NCBI GenBank assembly: GCA_951406725.2
Contig: OX597814.1
Span: forward strand, 11,222,001 to 11,286,000
Reading direction: 5' to 3'
From: Octopus vulgaris
Taxonomy: Eukaryota
DNA length: 64,000 nucleotides
The first letter of the stretch is position 1. Every line of letters begins with the position of its first letter. A program made the position numbers and the translations under genes. Below, piece after piece: positions 56,846 to 64,000 of the stretch. The notes below the pieces were generated by a model. That model saw only the letters and a program-made list of their open reading frames with translations, searched no databases and was not told where the DNA came from.

Positions 56846-57378
56846 TATAAAATTACGGACATATTCCCTTTTACTCTAGTTGTTACTGCAAATGATTTTC
56901 TGAATGATATTGATGAAGATAATATTAAGCAACTTTTCCTTGTTGTTGTTGTTGTTTTTGCTGCTGCTGCTAATGTAATTGATATTTTTTGTGCTTGATA
57001 CTTTGTATCCTTTTTTCTTTTATTCTTTTCTTTTCGATCTTAATACGCTAACTTTTCCCGTATACTTTACAAAATTAACAGTAACAAATCTGCTATTACT
57101 ACCACTACTACTACTACTACTACTAATAATAATAATAATAATAATTCTGTTACTTCGTTCTGGGATTTATATGAGTTCGTGTGTTAAAGCATATTCTGTT
57201 GTCTTTGGAGAGAGCCATCCTCTTTTAGTGCCCTACTAATATAATATACTGCTACTATTACTATTATTCCTACTTCTTCTACTAATATTTCTTCTACTAC
57301 TACTGCAACTATTTCTACTACCACTACTACTACTACTACTACTATTACTACAAGTTGTAGTAGTAGTAAGTAGCAATG

Positions 57379-57462
<84 letters not shown>

Positions 57463-57491
57463 TGATGTTGTCGTTGTTGTTGTTGCTACTA

Positions 57492-57710
57492 TTGGACATA
57501 ACAATGGTAACGTGAAATTGAAAGTTGAGTAAGTCGATGGAGAGTGAGCAGTGGAGTTATGAAGTCAGCTAAGTCTGAGGAGCAGGGATCATTACAGCAG
57601 CGATAGAAAAAGGGGACAGAGTGAAGAGAAAGAACAGCCGGAGGCAAGAGTGTATCACTAGGTGATTGAATATCAATCAGTTGTCTGTACCCTTTTTTCT
57701 GGGTGCTGTC
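57492..57710 (-). mobile_element. CR1/L2-group LINE C-terminal remnant
   Basis: FFYRCCNDPCSSDLADFITP..RLTQLS..H.YV resembles LFYRY..G.CSSELA..IP..TR.S..H.Y.V. Confidence 0.55.
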
Positions 57711-58099
57711 CAAACTATGAAATAGCCTTGTAATACCCTTAACGAATGTTAAAAATCTTAAAACAACTCTCTGAGATAATCCTTGCAATAAGAAATTTTA
57801 AAAATTCCCTAAGGTATGTTAAACACTACAACCGACAAGAATGGGATATGACGCAATATTAATTATTCGCAATTTTTGGGAAAAAATGCAATGCAGTTAG
57901 AAGTGTGTCTCATCTTAAAAGCCTACTGGTGTAAGCAACAGGCATGTTTTGATCTTATTGGAACTCCTCAACGAAGCATTTTCGCCTTCGTTGGAAAGAT
58001 AGAAATACAATCAGGATATATATGGAAAAAGAAGAGTGGTGACGGTAATTAGAAATATGAAGCCACTGTATTATATATGTAATGTGTTTCTACGTGGTC

Positions 58100-58540
58100 T
58101 CTCTCGAAGGCCCTGCCAAAGAGGACCGACAGCTTGGATAGAAGAGCCCTGAGAACCGTTGAGAACATCAGATGGTGCCGTCATGTTTCAAGCAAAGAAC
58201 TGCGTCAGAGCATGCATCAGCACGCAACCTTCAGCCTCAAAGCTATCCGTCGCATGCAGTGATATGGACATGTCCTCCGTCTTCCGATAGATCATCCTAC
58301 CAGGGCTTTACACACATTCGACGTAGCAGCAGCAGCAAACTGGAAAAGGCCTTGTGGCAGGCTCCGCACCAGGGAGTGACCTTGGAAGATGCAAACGGGT
58401 TGGCACGAGACTGCTAGCGATAGAGAGCACTGATGGAGCTGGTTGGCTCTTCGCAATGATGACTCTTCTGGGACAACTAATGTGGAACACCCTAACCCCT
58501 TCAGGCAAGACTATGAAGACAAGAAGCCAAGCTACATGAA
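58100..58540 (+). mobile_element. RTE-like LINE C-terminal remnant
   Basis: LDRRALRTVENIRWCRHVSSKELR..RRMQ*YGHVLRLP..WKRPCGRLRTR. Confidence 0.7.
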
Positions 58541-58800
58541 TTCAGCGAGCCATTTTATTCATACACGCAAACACTCAGATGCGTGAGTTTATTTAAAGAT
58601 AATATACAGAATCCAGTACAACCCGTGGCATGGTCGGTGACTAAACTGGCAACGCTACCAAGCATGCTTGGTGAGTAGCGTTGAATTTTGGACATACTGC
58701 GTGATAAAAAGAACAAGACCCGTGAAAGAGCATATGTACTCAGAAGAGTGAACGGCCATCTACTTATCCCATCATATGGTACGCGCGCACGTGCGTGTAA

Positions 58801-58833
<33 letters not shown>

Positions 58834-59652
58834 TGTATGTATGTATGTATGTATGTATGTATGTATGTATGTATGTATTTATGTATGTATGTATTTATGT
58901 ATGTATGTACATACAAGGATAAACATTTCTGGCCTTGTTGTTCAGGTGCTCTTTTAGCCTACTTGACTGGGCTGGATTCTAAGCCGTGGAGATGCAACTA
59001 ACCTAGGAGATGAAGCATTCTAATTAGAAAAGCATGAAGTATGTTGCTCATTGAGAATGTAGCAGATATTTGCATCAACATTCTTCTGTGAGCATTTCGA
59101 AACGTTGTGGATGGTCCTACACAAGCCTTTACCACTGATAAACTATCTGCGAGAGTAATATAAGGGCTGGTTGTTGGACGCTCTTTCACCGAAATCGATG
59201 TGAGAATCCACTACTCCTCCTCACTCTCTCTCTCTCTCTCTCTCCCTTTCTCTCTCTCTCCCTCTCTCTGTATATATATATGGGTGTGTGTGTGTTCGTG
59301 TGCAGGGGTACCCACACACTTTTTTTCCAACGCTCTTGCTATCCTGCTAATTAGCTGCATAACGGTATTGCAATTATTCTTTCTAGTTTTGTAACAAATC
59401 GAAGAATTTTGAAAGGAGATGGATTGTCGGTATCAAAGGCACTAGTACTTGCCTTGTACTTTATTTTCCCGAACTATGGGGGATTAAAAGGCAAAGTAGA
59501 CTTCGGTCGGGTTTGACATTAGCTCATAAAGAGCGGGAACAAATACTACTATTACTTACGAAGGTTCCAACGATTCTGCTTGATCACCATCTTTGGTTTC
59601 TGATTTCTGTTATGCTGGTTGAAATGTCTTTTAATATATATGTATATATATG

Positions 59653-59718
<66 letters not shown>

Positions 59719-59988
59719 AATGTATGTATGTATGTATATATACGTATATATAAATATGTATTATGTATATATGTCTGTATGTATAAATGTGTGTACATAC
59801 AGGTATATACGTACATATGTTTGTGTGTGTGTGTGTGTGTGTAATTTGACTGCCTTTGCCAAGAATAAAACGAATATCAAACAAGTTCATTTCAAAAGTT
59901 ATTTCTATTTCTTTATATCTCTAAAACTAACAACTCTAACACGTACTGTTATTTTTCTCTCTTTTACCATAACTCTCCCTCTCTCCTC

Positions 59989-60023
<35 letters not shown>

Positions 60024-60330
60024 ATTGAATGAAAATTTAAACATCTTACATGAATATAAACAATTAACTGTCTATCTCTTACTTTATTGTTCTGTACTGA
60101 TGAAGCACAATATACAGAAGCAGACTGTCAATAGATATAGAGTATATGTGAAATACTGCAATAAGATTTTGACTTATTTGCATATCTGAAAAAAAAAAGA
60201 AATATTTTTTCATATTCCTCTATCTGTCACGCGAAAAGCTGATGAACCTATCACTCAACCTATTAAAAATAGACCTTAAATCTCCATCAAATCACACACT
60301 GTCATTTTAAAAACAAAATGTTACTGAGAT

Positions 60331-60737
60331 GAGTGGCTGTGTGGTAAGTAGCTTGCTTACCAGCCACATGGTTCTGGGTTCAGTCCCACTGCGTGGCATC
60401 TTGGGCAAGTGTATTCTGCTATAGCCTCGGGCCGACCAATGCCTTGTGAGTGGATTTGGTAGACGGAAACTGAAAGAAGCCTGTCGTATATATGCATATA
60501 TATGTGTGCGTGTGTGTCTGTGTGTCTGTGTTTGTCCCCCTAGCATTGCTTGACAACCGATGCTGGTGTGTTTACGTCCCCGTCACTTAGCGGTTCGGCA
60601 AAAGAGACCGATAGAATAAGTACTGGGCTTACAAAAAAGAATAAGTCCCGGGGTCGATTTGTTCGCTCGACTAAAGGCGGTGCTACAGCATGGCCGCAGT
60701 CAAATGACTGAAACAAGTAAAAGAGTAAAAGAGTAAA
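60331..60737 (+). mobile_element. SINE family A
   Basis: Matches the 16602 copy. Confidence 0.9.
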
Positions 60738-61817
60738 GATAATGTTATCCTTGAAACATAATGTCTGGAATATAAAGTATGATACTAATGGCTGGAATGC
60801 TCTTTGTCAGGGATTTTCTCCATCAGGATCGCCTAAGGTTTAAACAATAACAACGACAACACTTCTTCAAGATCTCATGTCCAATTAATTACCCTCATTT
60901 TCCCTCCTACCTAATAAATTCCCCTCTTTATTCGCTTAACCCCAAACACAATGCAGCTTACTCCACTTTTTTGTTAGGTGGGTGTGACGCTGTCTAGCCA
61001 TTTCAACCATTAAGTTTTCGTTTATTTGCAAATCCGTAAATGTCAAATGACTCTTTCTTCTAAATTATGTATCTATTCATTCATCACTTTCTGCCACTCA
61101 ACCAAGTTCTCACGCGTAAATTACAAACGGAAAATTCATGTTGTGTCACGTCTCCACACCTCAAAACCCATTGCTTGGCATATTTTTTTGACCATATTAA
61201 AGTTTCTGGGGGAAAGGGATGACAAAAATCACTGCTCTGCTGCTTTCCCGTCGTCTTGAGCCTGCAGCATTAAAGTGAAGTTGTATTACTGTTTTGTTGA
61301 CACAGTCACTGCTTGCAGCCGAGATCGTTTTGCCTGCTAGAAATAACAATCAACAAAATATCAAGTATCACAGCATACTGTCTTAAGAAAGGGAAGGACA
61401 GATTGGATAATGTAGTACTAAGTTGGATTGCTACTTTACTTATCGAACCCTAAAGGCTGAAAAACAAACTTCACCGCGGTGCAATAAAATGAAATATCAT
61501 AAGACAATCTACCTGACATCTCAATTCGCCACCTTTCCTAGATATACAATGCCGACAAAAAAAAAAAAATAGACAGGATGGTTACGGTTGGAAACATACT
61601 TCATCATGTTCGGTCAGGGCTGACCTGGGTTAAAATAGCAATTACAACAATGTGGACAGAGAAGTAATCAGATTCTATTCAAATTATTTCTCAGACTGAT
61701 GTCGTCTAAAAATACAGATATCCACAAATTTTATGTTGGTATTAACTTGGATTTCAGATCAGTCAAAATAAAAGACACTCCAAACTGTACAGTTGTACAA
61801 TTTACCTGGGTAGTATA

Positions 61818-62143
61818 CTCTTTTACTTGTTTCAGTCATTTGACTGCGGCCATGCTGGAGCACTGCCTTTAGTCGAGCAAATCGACCGCGGGACTTATTC
61901 TTTGTAAGCCCAGTACTTATTCTATCGGTCTCTTTTGCCGAACCGCTAAGTGACGGGAACGTTAACACACCAGCATCGGTTGTCAAGCAATGCTAGGGAG
62001 ACAAACACAGACACACAAACACATACACACATACACATATATATATACGACAGGCTTCTTTCAGTTTCCGTCTACCAAATCCATTCACAAGGCATTGGTC
62101 GGCCCGGGGCTATAGCAGAAGACACTTTCCCAAGATGCCACGT
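61818..62143 (-). mobile_element. SINE family A, 5'-truncated
   Basis: Matches the 32141 copy up to GATGCCACG. Confidence 0.88.
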
Positions 62144-62627
62144 CAGGAATAACTTTTTAAAAATCCCTCTAACATACAAAATTCATCGATTTTTTTCTCC
62201 ATAAGAAACAGTTTCAATAAACACATCCAGAAGTGGAGACACTTAATTTTGAGAAAATGAAAATCTCCATCATAAGACTTGTGTTTATTAGAAAACAACC
62301 CTGAGAAAAAGACTGCTACACATTCCCAAGAGTAGAGAAAAATGAGGCTCAATGACTGCATACTTTTGTTTATTGATTAAATGTTTCACCCCAGTTTGGC
62401 TTTGACCAACCTGATTCTATGATCAAAAGTATTCCTGCAATGACCATCTCGTCTGGGTTTTTCTTTTGCTGCTTTTTCAGTAATCATGTATCTAATTCTA
62501 CATTATCGTATGTAGTGCTAGATACTTTTACTAAGATAATATAGCATGATTTAAGAGAAATTTAGCTGCTATAGTTAGCAGGTGAAGTAACCGAATGGGG
62601 ACTTACTTATCCTTGGAGTTATTTAAT

Positions 62628-63060
62628 AATCCGTTCTGCAATAGACACAAGGCTTAAAGTCTGAAAGGTGGAACTTAGTCGATTAGATCAACCTCAGTGC
62701 CCAAGTGATACTTATTCATCGATCCCGATAGAATGAAAGACAAAATCGATCTTGGCGGAATTTGAACACACAACATAATGATAGACGAAATGTCGCTAAG
62801 AAATTGTTCGGTGCGCTAACGACTCTGCCAGCTCACTGCCTTTAATAATCCTTTCTACTATTGGCTTGAAATTTTTATAGGGGAGAGTGCTGGTCGATTG
62901 CATCGACCCCAGTGCTCAACTGGTACTTATTTCATCGATCCCGAAAAGATGAAAGGCAAAGTCGACCTCAGTGGAATTTGAACTCGGAAAGTAATGACGG
63001 ACGAAATGCTGCTGAGTACCTTACTCGGCGTGCTAACGATTCTGCCAGCTTGCCGCCTTA
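62628..63060 (-). mobile_element. Head-to-tail SINE B dimer (tail type 2)
   Basis: Two units joined at GCCTTTAATAATCCTTTCTACT. Confidence 0.8.
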
Positions 63061-63213
63061 ATACCGTTCTGTATTGTTACAAGGTAACTTAATTGTGATT
63101 TCTCACCAACTAGTCTAGTATCTACTACGTAATTATTTAGCCAGATAACAGATGCCAAACAACTAAATAAAAACTATTGATCACTTTCCAATTAAACGCA
63201 CACACACATGTAT

Positions 63214-63265
<52 letters not shown>

Positions 63266-63875
63266 GTATGTATATATGCTAAGTGTGGAAGGGTCTTTAA
63301 CAAGACTAATTTCACAGTACTATTATTTATAATTCAATCTTACCTGTGTTTCCCCTAAAGGTTTGGGCCATTACGCGTATGTGTGTGTGTGTGCGCGCGC
63401 GCGCGCAGGTATGTATGTATCTGTGTGTGTGCGTGTGTGTGTGCAGGTATGTATGTATCTGTGTGTGTGCGTGTGTGTATCTATGTGTGTGTGTGTGTGT
63501 AGGTATGTATGTATCTGTGTGTCAGTGTGTGTATCTATATGTGTGCGTATATATATATAGCCACACATTTATATGTACATATATACATTTCTATATGTGT
63601 GTGTGTGCGCCTGAGTATTTATACATTATCATGCATACATACGTGTGTATGTGTGCGTGCTTGTGTGTGTGTGTGTAAGGTAGAAAAGAGAGCATTTACT
63701 TAGTTTCCTTTCCTCTCACGTGATAAACATGCACGTATACATGTATGCATGCATAAATGCATACACACATATATGCAAACACATACATACCTAAATATAC
63801 GTAGGCATTCATACATACATGCATGCATGCATAGATAGATCGATCGATAGATAGATAGATAGATAGATAGGTAGG

Positions 63876-63920
<45 letters not shown>

Positions 63921-64000
63921 GCATACATACATACATACATACATACATACATGCACGCATGTATACATACCTGTATGCATGCACGCATACATACATACAA

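Noticed and set aside
63340-63360. Minus-strand microexon ending CAG|GTAAGA
   Set aside because: No polypyrimidine tract upstream of the possible AG

Overview
Eukaryotic, AT-rich, almost entirely non-coding DNA saturated with (TA)n, (CA)n, (TAGA)n, (TACA)n and (AAT)n microsatellites and tRNA-derived SINEs. The repeat landscape suggests an octopus/coleoid cephalopod genome (inference, no database check). Nearly all ORFs in the supplied track are microsatellite or SINE artefacts. Real coding signal is almost all transposon-derived: a near-intact DD34D mariner (9243-10503), two decayed mariners, an L1/Tx1-clade LINE ORF2 (37836-40205) whose probable 3' end lies inverted at its 5' side, R4/Dong-clade RLE fragments in (TAA)n, RTE and CR1-like 3' ends, Penelope-like GIY-YIG/RT fragments and a non-autonomous Helitron. 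Possible host-gene signal is limited to a minus-strand signal-peptide-like first coding exon (52057-51941) and an 11-nt microexon candidate (603-593), so much of the window may be intronic. Most notable observations: a SINE whose 3' tail matches the Tx1-like LINE end, combinatorial head/tail shuffling among SINEs, and a patchwork local duplication at about 18.6-25.6 kb. I found no firm evidence of a wholly new protein-coding system.
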